IMG/VR virus record: IMGVR_UViG_3300046692_000069
Coordinates: 6,358-70,357 of that record
Source of the DNA: a virus
Direction: 5' to 3' (one strand)
DNA length: 64,000 nt
The notes beneath the pieces were generated by a model. The model searched no databases and was not told where the DNA came from. It saw only the letters and a list, made by a program, of their open reading frames with translations. This document shows positions 36,934 through 46,025 of this stretch, piece after piece; positions within the stretch are counted from its first letter, which is position 1; each line of letters opens with the position of its first letter. Made by a program: the position numbers and the translations under genes.

Positions 36934-38208
36934 ATGGTAACTGAACAGCAAATGCAAGATGCAGTTGCGGCCCTTCGTGAGCACGGCAGTCAAAGCGCCG
37001 CTGCACTGGCGTTGGGTATCGCGCGGTCTACGCTCCAGAATCAATTGAAGCGCGCTGGTGAGGCTGGAATCGCTGGCTATGAGCCGGTCATTCCGGGGTT
37101 TCGGGTTTCACAGGTGTCGACGGCCCATGATGAGTCAGGCGCGATTGTGCGCAAGTTTATTCAGCAGAAGCCAGAACGCGGCGGGGCGTTTGAGGTTCCC
37201 GATGGGCAGAAGATAAAGGGAGTATCTGCCCTAGTCAACGAAGACGGCCGGGAAATCATTAAGTGGATTAAGACCGACGAAGATAAACAGCGCGCCGAAT
37301 CGATTCGCAAGGCCGCTCTAGAGGCGCTACTTGATCAAGTGCCGCGCGTTGATGCATCCCCTCGTCAATGGCGCATTCCGCATGCTGACCTGCTGTGCCA
37401 ATATACTTTGACTGACGTCCACCTCGGAATGCTTGCGTGGGGAGAAGAGACCGGCGCGGGAGACTATGACCTGTCCATTGCTGAGCAGTTGTTGGAATCG
37501 TGGTTTGATGCTGCTATTGACATGGCTCCAGACGCACACACTGGCGTTCTGGCGCAGCTAGGAGACTTGCTTCACCATGACAGCCACGAAAGCGTAACGC
37601 CAGCCCATAGGCATGTCTTGGATGCTGATAGCCGTTTTCAAAAGATGGTTCGGGTTGCCGTGCGTGTTATTCGTAAGATCGTGGCCAAGTTGCTGTTTAA
37701 GCATGAGCGCGTTGTGATCATCATGGCAGATGCCAATCACGACCCGGCGTCTGAAGCTTGGCTGCGCGAGATGCTTGCGGCATTCTATGAGAATGAGCCG
37801 CGCGTTGAAGTTCTGTCTTCGGCCGGCACGTATTATGCCATCCCATGGGGCGATGTTTCGCTCTTTTATCACCACGGCCATAAGCGCGGTATCGCGAACG
37901 TAGATACGGTGTTTGCGGGCAAGTTCCGTTCGCTGTATGGCGCGACGAAGTACAGCTACGCACATATCGGTCACCTTCATAGTGATGAGCTGAAGAATAC
38001 GAACCTGATGAAGGTAGAGCGCCATGAGACTCTTGCTTCTCCAGATGCATACGCCGCGCTTGGCGGGTGGCTGACGAATCAGAGCGCTAAGGTCATTCAC
38101 TACCATAAGCGCTTTGGTGAGGTTGGTAGAAATACGATTACTCCTGCCATGCTTTCGGGTGAGGCTCTGGATAAACTTCAGGCGCTAATCGCAGCGTACG
38201 GGCGGTAA
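36934..38208 (+). CDS. HTH plus calcineurin-like metallophosphoesterase
   Basis: N-terminal HTH GSQSAAALALGIARSTLQ; TDVHLG, LGDLLH, ANHD, HHGH, IGHLH. Confidence 0.8.
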   Translation: MVTEQQMQDAVAALREHGSQSAAALALGIARSTLQNQLKRAGEAGIAGYEPVIPGFRVSQVSTAHDESGAIVRKFIQQKPERGGAFEVPDGQKIKGVSALVNEDGREIIKWIKTDEDKQRAESIRKAALEALLDQVPRVDASPRQWRIPHADLLCQYTLTDVHLGMLAWGEETGAGDYDLSIAEQLLESWFDAAIDMAPDAHTGVLAQLGDLLHHDSHESVTPAHRHVLDADSRFQKMVRVAVRVIRKIVAKLLFKHERVVIIMADANHDPASEAWLREMLAAFYENEPRVEVLSSAGTYYAIPWGDVSLFYHHGHKRGIANVDTVFAGKFRSLYGATKYSYAHIGHLHSDELKNTNLMKVERHETLASPDAYAALGGWLTNQSAKVIHYHKRFGEVGRNTITPAMLSGEALDKLQALIAAYGR

Positions 38209-38211
38209 ATT

Positions 38212-38703
38212 GTGATCAAGGGCCAAAAAAGAGGAGCGGCTGCTGACTGGTTAAAGTTTGCGGCCGCATACGAAGGTGAAGAATGTTTGATCTGGCCGTT
38301 TTGCCGCAATAATAAAGGTTATGGCGGCGTTCTTTGGATGGGTAAGCGGAGATTAACACATCGAGTCATATGCGAGATTACCAATGGACCGCCACCGGCA
38401 CCAGATAGCCAAGCCGCCCATTCTTGTGGGAACGGACATGGCGGTTGCATTGCACCCCGTCACCTAAGTTGGAAAGATCAGTCTGGAAACGAGAGAGATA
38501 AGATAGGCCACGGAACATCAAACAGAGGCGGCCGTAATGGCATGTCCGTATTGACTGAGGACGTGGTTGTTTCCATTTTGAGGCGGCGAAGGCTTGGGGT
38601 AACCTACAAGCAATTGTCGGCAGAGTTTGATGTTAAAATACAGACAATAGCGTCAATTTGTCAAAGGCAAAACTGGCGCCACGTCGACATTGACGCGGAG
38701 TAA
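38212..38703 (+). CDS. HNH endonuclease with C-terminal HTH
   Basis: CLIWP..GYG..THR..AAHSCGN..CI.PRHLSW..N..D. Confidence 0.85.
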   Translation: MIKGQKRGAAADWLKFAAAYEGEECLIWPFCRNNKGYGGVLWMGKRRLTHRVICEITNGPPPAPDSQAAHSCGNGHGGCIAPRHLSWKDQSGNERDKIGHGTSNRGGRNGMSVLTEDVVVSILRRRRLGVTYKQLSAEFDVKIQTIASICQRQNWRHVDIDAE

Positions 38704-38724
38704 TATTGGCGCGTAGATAAAATT

Positions 38725-38750
38725 AAAGGGGCCTTTTTGCTCCTTTTTTA
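38725..38750 (+). terminator. terminator ending the late operon; TTGACA promoter follows at 38751
   Basis: AAAGGGGC-CTTTTT-GCTCCTTT-TTT. Confidence 0.6.
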
Positions 38751-38804
38751 TTGACACCCAACGCCGTGCATGGGATAACTGCTATACAAATAAGGAGAAT
38801 GCGC

Positions 38805-39044
38805 ATGAAGGCTACATATCAATCATCCCGTTACGACTCAGGTATCGACTATCGCCGATACGCGCGCTGTGATGCTGATGGCGTTTTTACGTATTGCCTC
38901 CAAGATCCAAAAACTGGATTCGATCACGTTCAGGGTCAGGTGGATTCTAGCGAGCTTCCGGACCACGTCGTCAAGGAAGCGCGCATGCTGGCTGGCGAGG
39001 TGTATGGATGGGTTCGCTGGCTTGACGTGGGGGCAGCGTCGTGA
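38805..39044 (+). CDS. hypothetical protein
   Basis: AAGGAGA RBS. Confidence 0.65.
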   Translation: MKATYQSSRYDSGIDYRRYARCDADGVFTYCLQDPKTGFDHVQGQVDSSELPDHVVKEARMLAGEVYGWVRWLDVGAAS

Positions 39045-39478
39045 GCGCAGCCCTAGAGTCCGCATGGGACGAACTCGTCAATAAAGACGACCGCACTTCA
39101 CCACCCGAATATCCAGACATGTGCCTTATCACTCGCGAAGAGCTTGCGCAATTCATGATATTGTCCGGAGAGCCTCTAATTGAGGTTATCACGGATTTGC
39201 GCGACAAGATGGATACGGCCAACGCTCTTTTGCATTGCGAGTGCGGCAGTCGAGTTGATGGCCACGGCATGGGCGATGGACACTCTCCGGTTAGCATGTA
39301 TCACTATGCGTATTACAAGCTTGAAGAAGAGAATGACCGCCTGCGCCATACGGTTGAATTCGTTCAGCGATGGGCTTGGCGCGAAGATCCCCCGAACGCT
39401 AGCCGTAAGCTCTCGGATGAAGAGCGGTTATCCACCATCAAGTTCTATCCGGGCATTAAGGTGAAGGCCAATGGGTAG
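39041..39478 (+). CDS. hypothetical protein
   Basis: GTGA-coupled ORF. Confidence 0.65.
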   Translation: MSAALESAWDELVNKDDRTSPPEYPDMCLITREELAQFMILSGEPLIEVITDLRDKMDTANALLHCECGSRVDGHGMGDGHSPVSMYHYAYYKLEEENDRLRHTVEFVQRWAWREDPPNASRKLSDEERLSTIKFYPGIKVKANG

Positions 39479-39758
39479 CGTTCACAACGACTTATCATCG
39501 TGGGCAGCGAAAGCTAGGGAGCGAGGTAACGCCAAAATATACATATCAACAGACGTTGCCGATAATGCATCTGCGATCATTGTGGGGCAGGCCAATAAAA
39601 TAGAAGAGCTTGAAAATGCTTTGAGGCAAGGGTGGAGGCGCATTCGCTGGTATCACCATCTATTGCCGTGGAAGTTGCGGCAAATGAGGGCGGCAAACAG
39701 GGCCTACGTCCGCGACAATTCTTTTCAAGCATATCTAAAAAAGACGAGATCCGTATAA
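39471..39758 (+). CDS. hypothetical protein
   Basis: Coupled ORF. Confidence 0.6.
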   Translation: MGSVHNDLSSWAAKARERGNAKIYISTDVADNASAIIVGQANKIEELENALRQGWRRIRWYHHLLPWKLRQMRAANRAYVRDNSFQAYLKKTRSV

Positions 39759-39898
39759 TGCGCAGCCGCAATTGGTATCCAGTGTTAGAAGAGAAGCGCG
39801 ACCAGATGAGGGCGCGTCCATTTCGATACCGCTCAGCCAAGGGCCGTGCCATGTTTCGCCTTGAGGACTGGCGGTGGCGTTGGGATGAATGCGGATAA
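39758..39898 (+). CDS. small hypothetical protein
   Basis: TAATG-coupled ORF. Confidence 0.45.
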   Translation: MRSRNWYPVLEEKRDQMRARPFRYRSAKGRAMFRLEDWRWRWDECG

Positions 39899-39990
39899 TT
39901 TGCGCAATGCTGCTCTTGCATTTAATGCGATTGCTGATATCATGGATAATAATTGCGCTTAGCATCAAAAAAGCAAGGAGAGGCACTAGC

Positions 39991-40200
39991 ATGATCATCA
40001 AACTAGACAAACTTCAATCCATCGGCCAGCGAATCCGCTGCGTCCGCAACTCCATAATCCAGCGTCCCGGAACATTCAAGCGCTGGTTTGCGTGGCATCC
40101 CGTTGAGGTAGCCAGCGGAGAAATCGTATGGCTTCAGACTGTTGACCGCAAGAAGCACGGTGGCTATAGCTATGTGGTCTACTCCTACTTCATCGTCTAA
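39991..40200 (+). CDS. hypothetical protein
   Basis: RWFAWHPV..VWLQTV.R phage motif; AAGGAG RBS. Confidence 0.7.
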   Translation: MIIKLDKLQSIGQRIRCVRNSIIQRPGTFKRWFAWHPVEVASGEIVWLQTVDRKKHGGYSYVVYSYFIV

Positions 40201-40220
40201 TCAAAAAGGAATGCATTCAC

Positions 40221-40895
40221 ATGACTAATGAAAGTTCAACCCAATACGTGGTAGATGCCGGCATTGCCCGCACGCTTGCAACGGCATATCTTAACGCGCT
40301 GCAACTGGCTACCGATAAAGAGTTGGCGGCGCGCGCGGAGACGCTGGCGAAGTTCGTCGCCAACAAAGAGGAATACATTCGCGCCATTGCGCCGGGATCG
40401 CATTATCTTCCTCTTTACGTCAGCGCCAAGCATGCGCAACGGCGAGAGCGGGCCGAAGTCGATTACGAGCGCGAGCGCAACCGCCTTGAGTATGCGGCTA
40501 GAAACATCACGTATTGCCGCCGACACGAGCCCGTGATCAGGCTACCTGTGCCCGTAACTGATTTTAATGTTACCCCGTTCCTTAAGCGGACGGCGGAAAA
40601 CCTTGTCTACGCATCCCGTGTAACGACGCAATTCTTTATCGGCGTCAACAGCGAGGAGAATGCTGTTCTGTCTCGCGCCGCAGGGATCGTTAAGGCAGAA
40701 CAGGACAAGCTGGCCAAGGCCGAAGTAATGAAGCTGGCCGCACTTGAAGAAGCGCTTGATGCGAAGGGCTATAAGTATGATGTAATCAGCAATTCGTACA
40801 TCAGGAAGGAAGAGCTTGCGCGGAGACGTGCCGAAGGGAAGTACACGCCAAGCGCTGACTCCGAAACAATGGAGGTCTACAAGACTCATGACTGA
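40221..40895 (+). CDS. hypothetical protein
   Basis: 224-aa ORF with RBS. Confidence 0.7.
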   Translation: MTNESSTQYVVDAGIARTLATAYLNALQLATDKELAARAETLAKFVANKEEYIRAIAPGSHYLPLYVSAKHAQRRERAEVDYERERNRLEYAARNITYCRRHEPVIRLPVPVTDFNVTPFLKRTAENLVYASRVTTQFFIGVNSEENAVLSRAAGIVKAEQDKLAKAEVMKLAALEEALDAKGYKYDVISNSYIRKEELARRRAEGKYTPSADSETMEVYKTHD

Positions 40896-41367
40896 TACCA
40901 ACTCCCCTCTCCCTCCGCGCATCATGCCGTTCTTCAACGAAGACGTCGCATGGGCGCTTGCGGAAGCCGCTGAGTTGGCCAGCAAAGGCGGTCCCGTCTA
41001 TCTAGCCACGCCATATACTCGATACCCTCATGGGCAGGAAGAGGCTGCTAGGCGAGCTTCGGCTTATGCTGGGGAGTTTATCGCCTGCACCCTTCCGACG
41101 TTCTCTCCAATCGCCCACGGCCACGCAATCGCCAAGGCTGCGCACATTGACCCATCCGACGTTGACTTTTGGGTGGCCGCCAACGAAGCCATGCTCCGCG
41201 CAAGCTCTAGCCTGATCGTCGTCAAGATGGACGGGTGGCAAGAAAGCAAGGGTGTGGCTATTGAGATTGCCGCGTTCGAAGAGGCGGAGAATCCCATCCT
41301 CTACCTTCCGGAAGACTTCTTCCTTGACTACTGCACAGGAGGCCGTTGTGAGCCAACAAAACGCTGA
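40888..41367 (+). CDS. DUF1937 / nucleoside 2-deoxyribosyltransferase-like protein
   Basis: VYLATPYT, FSPIAHGH, FW..N..ML, MDGWQESKGVAIEI. Confidence 0.8.
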   Translation: MTDTNSPLPPRIMPFFNEDVAWALAEAAELASKGGPVYLATPYTRYPHGQEEAARRASAYAGEFIACTLPTFSPIAHGHAIAKAAHIDPSDVDFWVAANEAMLRASSSLIVVKMDGWQESKGVAIEIAAFEEAENPILYLPEDFFLDYCTGGRCEPTKR

Positions 41368-41701
41368 TAAGCCGTGGATGGACTTGACGGATGAAAAGGC
41401 CGCCAAGTTGCGAGATTGGATGACCACACAGAACTATATCCGTGCAGCCAACATGGAGACGAAAGCGTGCGCGCCTAAGTGGCGGCATGCATGGAACACG
41501 GTCAAGCTATGGGCTGCGTTCCATGCTCATGCTATCAAGCGTTTCGGATTTTGGCACTCCGTCAAGTTCTTTCCTCTGGTCAATTACGACTATGCTAGAT
41601 CCGTGTATAAGGACGGATTCATGACTGACGACTTCACGTCAATTGACGAGTTCGACGCTATGGATGAGGCTGCGACAGACATGGGTTATTGGGAAGAGTG
41701 A
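41348..41701 (+). CDS. hypothetical protein
   Basis: AGGAGG RBS before GTG. Confidence 0.6.
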   Translation: MSQQNADKPWMDLTDEKAAKLRDWMTTQNYIRAANMETKACAPKWRHAWNTVKLWAAFHAHAIKRFGFWHSVKFFPLVNYDYARSVYKDGFMTDDFTSIDEFDAMDEAATDMGYWEE

Positions 41702-41811
41702 CTTCGTTTGTCACTCGCGAACGCGCCGAGCGGATGAGGCTGTATATCGATAAGGTTGAGTCTATGCTCCCCGACGCTAGATCTATATCTATCACAGTCA
41801 AAGGAGAAGAC

Positions 41812-42111
41812 GTGGAAAACGGCAAATATCATCTGCCCCATCCGGGAATCGTTGGTCACGCAAAGGCCGACAAACCTATCTCTGGATACGGCAAGCTGTC
41901 TGACGCAGATGTCGGCCTAATCAATAGCGCGAAGGAGCATCAAGAGCGATGCTTGCGTCTCTATGACCTCCTATCGGGCCTATCGATCTACGACCAGCGC
42001 TCGCTAGCCACGGCAAAGACGCACATTGAATCTGCGTTCTCTCTCATGGTAAAGGCTATCGCGCAACCGGGCGGAACGACTCGCATTGCGTTGCCGGGTG
42101 ACATTCAGTAG
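41812..42111 (+). CDS. acb2: Acb2-like anti-CBASS cyclic-nucleotide sponge
   Basis: PISGYGKLSDADVGLINSAKE...QRSLATAKTHIESAFSLMVKAIAQP matches the recalled Acb2 pattern I.GYR.LS..EI..MN..K...R.LA.GKT.IQ.G.M...RAIAQP; AAGGAGA RBS; alternative GTG start at 41698. Confidence 0.75.
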   Translation: MENGKYHLPHPGIVGHAKADKPISGYGKLSDADVGLINSAKEHQERCLRLYDLLSGLSIYDQRSLATAKTHIESAFSLMVKAIAQPGGTTRIALPGDIQ

Positions 42112-42123
42112 CAGGAGACGCGC

Positions 42124-42741
42124 ATGACGGAAGTAAACAACTACCCTCCCATCATAGCCTTTACGGGCGGCAGAAACGTTGGCAAAACGACGGCTGCGGA
42201 GAAGCTTGTCAATGATTATGGATATGTGCGAGTCCACGCCTTCGAAGGCGGTAAGTATGCGGCATATCATTATTTTGTCTGGGTGCTAACTGGGCAGGTT
42301 GACGCCCCGCATGAGGTTGCGTCCCGAATGGTTTATGGCGACCTAAAGGACAAAGACTCCCCATATCTTCCAGAGGGAAAGTCTCCGCGATTCTTCATGG
42401 AGGAATTCGGTCACTTCATGGGTGTAAGTCTTGGCGTTCCGTGGACCCTAGGAATGGAGATCGACAGAGCGAAGCGCATCCATGGCGATGACGTCAAGCT
42501 CGTGATTGAGTCGCTGGTCTACGAGGTTGATGAGATCTATAGGCATAATGGCGTCGTCTGGCGACTTGAGCGACCGGGATTTGATTCCCCAGTTGGCGTT
42601 AAGACGGATGCCACGCAAAGGCTTATCAAGGAAGATTCTCTGATCGCATCTTCTTCGCTGGAAGAGTTGGCGCTGAACATTGACGACCTGATGGCTATCA
42701 ATGCCTATGCGGCTGGGTCTGCTTTGGTAAAGCAAGAATAA
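42124..42741 (+). CDS. deoxynucleoside monophosphate kinase
   Basis: IIAFTGGRNVGKTTAA P-loop, SPR..M..FG, E..I..NG.VW...RPG. Confidence 0.8.
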   Translation: MTEVNNYPPIIAFTGGRNVGKTTAAEKLVNDYGYVRVHAFEGGKYAAYHYFVWVLTGQVDAPHEVASRMVYGDLKDKDSPYLPEGKSPRFFMEEFGHFMGVSLGVPWTLGMEIDRAKRIHGDDVKLVIESLVYEVDEIYRHNGVVWRLERPGFDSPVGVKTDATQRLIKEDSLIASSSLEELALNIDDLMAINAYAAGSALVKQE

Positions 42742-42742
42742 G

Positions 42743-42766
42743 AAAAGGGGGCCGAAGCCCCCTTTA
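42743..42766. terminator. bidirectional terminator
   Basis: AAAAGGGGGC-CGAA-GCCCCCTTT between convergent genes. Confidence 0.8.
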
Positions 42767-42937
42767 TTACCGATAATCTCCGAATGCATCGAGTCGCATC
42801 TTGCTTGTGCGAGTACGATGGAACTTTCTTGCTTTCTCCCGCCGCTCATTATCGCGGATGCTGCGACGCGCAGACATGCGATCATCCGAGCTGTGAGCGG
42901 CGCGTTCAAAGTCTTCTTCGGTGAGGCGGTATTTCAT
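42767..42937 (-). CDS. 56-aa basic protein on the minus strand (not in ORF track)
   Basis: MKYRLTEEDFERAAHSSDDRMSARRSIRDNERREKARKFHRTRTSKMRLDAFGDYR; AAAGGA RBS; minus-strand TTGACA-N17-TACAAC at 43009-42981. Confidence 0.65.
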   Translation of the reverse strand: MKYRLTEEDFERAAHSSDDRMSARRSIRDNERREKARKFHRTRTSKMRLDAFGDYR

Positions 42938-43087
42938 TTGTCTTTCCTTTTATGTTCGCCACCATTGGCTGACGTGTATGGTTGTAAGTCTATCGCTCCA
43001 GTTTGTCAACGACAATAATCATTATTTTTCTAGGTTGATGCGAAAAAGAGCTGCGCTAATTAAACGTAACATGGAAAGGAGAAGCAT

Positions 43088-43333
43088 ATGAATATGATTG
43101 TTGATGGGTTCAGCCGTGGATTTAGTCATTTCAAGACCACTAAGTCAGCGGCGTCGTGGGAGCGAAGGTATGCGCTCAAGGGTGCGGTTGCCGCTCTGAT
43201 AGCTGGGGCCGCCGTCGCCACGATCTATGCGGTTGGGCCGCTTGCTGTCGTAACGTCTCTTGGTGGCCTACTGGTAGGGTACGCGGTAGCCTCGCGGTTC
43301 TACAGGTTCCTAGACAGGGACATCGAGCGATGA
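43088..43333 (+). CDS. small membrane protein
   Basis: Two hydrophobic segments; GAAAGGAGA RBS. Confidence 0.7.
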   Translation: MNMIVDGFSRGFSHFKTTKSAASWERRYALKGAVAALIAGAAVATIYAVGPLAVVTSLGGLLVGYAVASRFYRFLDRDIER

Positions 43334-43548
43334 ATGACTTCTTTAAGTACATCGGCGTTGCCGTTCTTCTAGTCGTCTCTTTCGTCCTGTCGCTAATTGT
43401 CGGAGTCGCGTTCTTGGTATTCTTGGTCGCCTACATCTTCGCGTCGCTTTTGGTTGCTGCCATTATTTGGGCTGCTGGTGACCTTCAGCAACGATATCGC
43501 CGATGGAAGTACCGCAAGCCAGGAACAATTAAGCAGAAAGGAAAGTAA
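43330..43548 (+). CDS. small membrane protein
   Basis: About 45-residue hydrophobic run, basic tail. Confidence 0.65.
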   Translation: MNDFFKYIGVAVLLVVSFVLSLIVGVAFLVFLVAYIFASLLVAAIIWAAGDLQQRYRRWKYRKPGTIKQKGK

Positions 43549-43848
43549 ATGAGCATTCTATCAAACATCCGTATCGCAGTAGGCGACTTCTTTTCCAAGC
43601 CAAAGGCGTTTGCTGAAGCGCGCGGCTTGACCGCCAAGCTTGCGGTGACTGTCTACACGTCTATCCTCGTCGTCGCCCTGATTGCGCTTGCATTCATCGC
43701 AACTCCATTCGTATTTATCGAGGCAACTATCCGAGGATTTGTATCGGCTGCTTTGGCCGGCTATCGCGATACGGCGGCAATCGCCAGCAACATTGCCAAT
43801 GCAGTCAAGACCCATGCAGTCATGGTGAAGGTGCTATTCAGCAAATGA
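43549..43848 (+). CDS. small membrane protein
   Basis: Central hydrophobic segment. Confidence 0.65.
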   Translation: MSILSNIRIAVGDFFSKPKAFAEARGLTAKLAVTVYTSILVVALIALAFIATPFVFIEATIRGFVSAALAGYRDTAAIASNIANAVKTHAVMVKVLFSK

Positions 43849-44606
43849 GCATCCTAGACAATCTGAAATCACAGGAAAGCGACGACCCGCCAATTATCCT
43901 TCTTTACGGGGTCGACGGCATTGGCAAGTCTACGCTGGCGGCAGAATTCCCCGATGCAGTCTATCTGCGCACTAAGGGCGAGCGCGTGCCAAAGGGTGTC
44001 AATATCCCCGGCATGGAAATCACCAGCTTTATTAAGATGGAAGATACGCTAGATGCCCTCCTGAAGGACGATCACAAGTTCAAGTGGGTGATTATCGACT
44101 CTCTTGATGGCTTTGAGCCGCTGGTGTGGGATGAGACGTGCTACCGGATCAATAAGAAATCCATTGAAGAGCTTGGATACGGCAAGGGTTACGTAGAGGC
44201 TGATGAGGAATGGGGCGCGTTCTCAGATCTGGTATTTGAGCTTCAAGCGGCCGGTATTGGCGTCTTGATCTTGGCCCATCCAGCTATCGAGCGATTCGAA
44301 TCCCCGATGTCGGAGCCATACAACCGCTTCACGATCAAGATTCACAAGCGTGCAAATGCCATCATGCGAGAGCGCGCCGATATCGTCGCTTTCATGAACT
44401 GGAAAGTTCAAATGAAGTCGACGGAAGAACGTGGCGGCCGCAAAGCCTCCCACGCCGAGGGCAAGGAGCGAGAGATCCTTGTTACGGGTTCGCCGTCTTT
44501 TGACGCAAAGAACCGTTACGCAATGCCCAACTCTATCACCTACAGATTGGGCGACGGATATAAAAAGCTATCAGAACACTTTCCGCCCGCCAAGGGCGTA
44601 AGGTAA
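43845..44606 (+). CDS. Sak4-like AAA ATPase (single-strand annealing recombinase)
   Basis: LLYGVDGIGKSTLAA, VIIDSLD, GYGKGY, ILAH, ADIVAF, AKNRY. Confidence 0.85.
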   Translation: MSILDNLKSQESDDPPIILLYGVDGIGKSTLAAEFPDAVYLRTKGERVPKGVNIPGMEITSFIKMEDTLDALLKDDHKFKWVIIDSLDGFEPLVWDETCYRINKKSIEELGYGKGYVEADEEWGAFSDLVFELQAAGIGVLILAHPAIERFESPMSEPYNRFTIKIHKRANAIMRERADIVAFMNWKVQMKSTEERGGRKASHAEGKEREILVTGSPSFDAKNRYAMPNSITYRLGDGYKKLSEHFPPAKGVR

Positions 44607-44633
44607 TTAATTCAGACAAAGGAGAATACCAGA

Positions 44634-45368
44634 ATGGCAAAGCTTAATAATTCCATCCGTCCCGGCGATCAGGATACGACGCAGCGTACGGGCGGGGTTC
44701 TTCGCGGGACATTCATCGGTGTCGTTCGCGATACTGACGTCAAGGAGAATGCAAAGGGCACAGGCGACTTGATGACTGGATTTGTTGAAGTCACCAAGCC
44801 GGAAAACTTCAAGGGCCGTCGCATCTATCTCAATATCAATGTCCGCCACGACAACCCGAAGGCCGAAGAGATCGGCAAGCAGGAATTTGCCAAGCTCGCA
44901 AAGGCGGTCGGCATTCCGGACGATCAAGAGGTAGAGGACACCGAGGATCTGGAGGGTTACGAATTCGCCTTCAAGGCCGGCCCAGAAAAGGATGATCCGG
45001 AGCGCTCGAAGATTGTTCGCTACTACTTCCCGGATGAGCCTGAGCCGGAACTTGGTCCCGACAAGGAGCCGGAAGTTCGTGGCCGTCGTGATGAGCCGCG
45101 CGGTCGCCGTGGTGAAGAGGATCGCGGTTCGCGTGATCGTGGCCGGGATCGTGACGAAGGTCGCGGTAGCCGCGATGATGACCGTGGCTCGCGCAGCCGT
45201 GGCCGAGAAGATGAGGGTCGCAAGGATGAGGGCCGCGAAGAGCGTGGCCGGGGTTCTCGCGACCGTGACGACGACAGGCGCTCGCCGAAAGAAGTAGCGG
45301 AAGAAGACAAGGGCGGCAATGATGCCGGTGACCGGGATCGCCCGTGGTCCAAAAGTCGTGGCCGATAA
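44634..45368 (+). CDS. DUF669-like single-stranded DNA-binding protein with R/G/D/E-rich tail
   Basis: Follows Sak4-like gene; KGRRIY.N.N..N.KA..IG...FAKL..AVG; low-complexity tail with a near-terminal PW. Confidence 0.75.
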   Translation: MAKLNNSIRPGDQDTTQRTGGVLRGTFIGVVRDTDVKENAKGTGDLMTGFVEVTKPENFKGRRIYLNINVRHDNPKAEEIGKQEFAKLAKAVGIPDDQEVEDTEDLEGYEFAFKAGPEKDDPERSKIVRYYFPDEPEPELGPDKEPEVRGRRDEPRGRRGEEDRGSRDRGRDRDEGRGSRDDDRGSRSRGREDEGRKDEGREERGRGSRDRDDDRRSPKEVAEEDKGGNDAGDRDRPWSKSRGR

Positions 45369-45388
45369 CGGCTATTGACATCTGACAC

Positions 45389-45415
45389 TAAGGGGCGGCT
45401 CACAACCGCCCCTTA
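45389..45415 (+). terminator. stem-loop after the SSB gene
   Basis: TAAGGGGCGG-CTCACAA-CCGCCCCTTA. Confidence 0.55.
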
Positions 45416-45438
45416 TCAGGTTAACGAAAGGAGATAAC

Positions 45439-45831
45439 ATGAAGATAAAGACCATCTATTTTGCTCATCCCGTGTCGCTATATAATACAGATATTGAGCG
45501 TCGAGCCACGGAAAAGCTCCTGTCTATGGGCTGGAGTGTTTTGTGCCCAAATGCCGAAGTTCACCAGCAAGGCTATGCTGACTTTGGATTCGCATACTTC
45601 CATAGCCTTGTTCGCAGGACCAATGCAATCGCCTATCAATCCGACAGGGGTTGCATTGGTCCGGGAGTCGCCAGCGAGTTGCTAGAGGCCGTTGTAAATG
45701 GCAAGGACATCTATTATCTCGGCAATGAGCAGGATGTGTTTTATTGCTATGAGCCAAACCTAAGATTTGCCGGCCTAACGGTTCGCACGATTGCTGAGCA
45801 GAGAGCTATCAATAAGGAAGCCAAGCAATGA
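45439..45831 (+). CDS. nucleoside 2-deoxyribosyltransferase-like fold protein
   Basis: IYFAHP..Y..E..VLCPN..GPGVASE...A...GKDIY. Confidence 0.55.
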   Translation: MKIKTIYFAHPVSLYNTDIERRATEKLLSMGWSVLCPNAEVHQQGYADFGFAYFHSLVRRTNAIAYQSDRGCIGPGVASELLEAVVNGKDIYYLGNEQDVFYCYEPNLRFAGLTVRTIAEQRAINKEAKQ

Positions 45832-46025
45832 AAATCATCGGAAAAGACAACTATGGACGCGAGAGCGTAGCCGACATTCTAGTCTGTGAAAACGTACGCA
45901 ATGACTACCTAGGCAATATTATGGTTGCGGCACTAAACGAAGACCAAGGCGATGATGGCAACACATTCTTCGACCTAGTTTCCGACGACTATCGACTTTG
46001 GCGCGGTATGGAGGATCTTGTCTAA
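45828..46025 (+). CDS. hypothetical protein
   Basis: ATGA-coupled ORF. Confidence 0.65.
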   Translation: MKIIGKDNYGRESVADILVCENVRNDYLGNIMVAALNEDQGDDGNTFFDLVSDDYRLWRGMEDLV

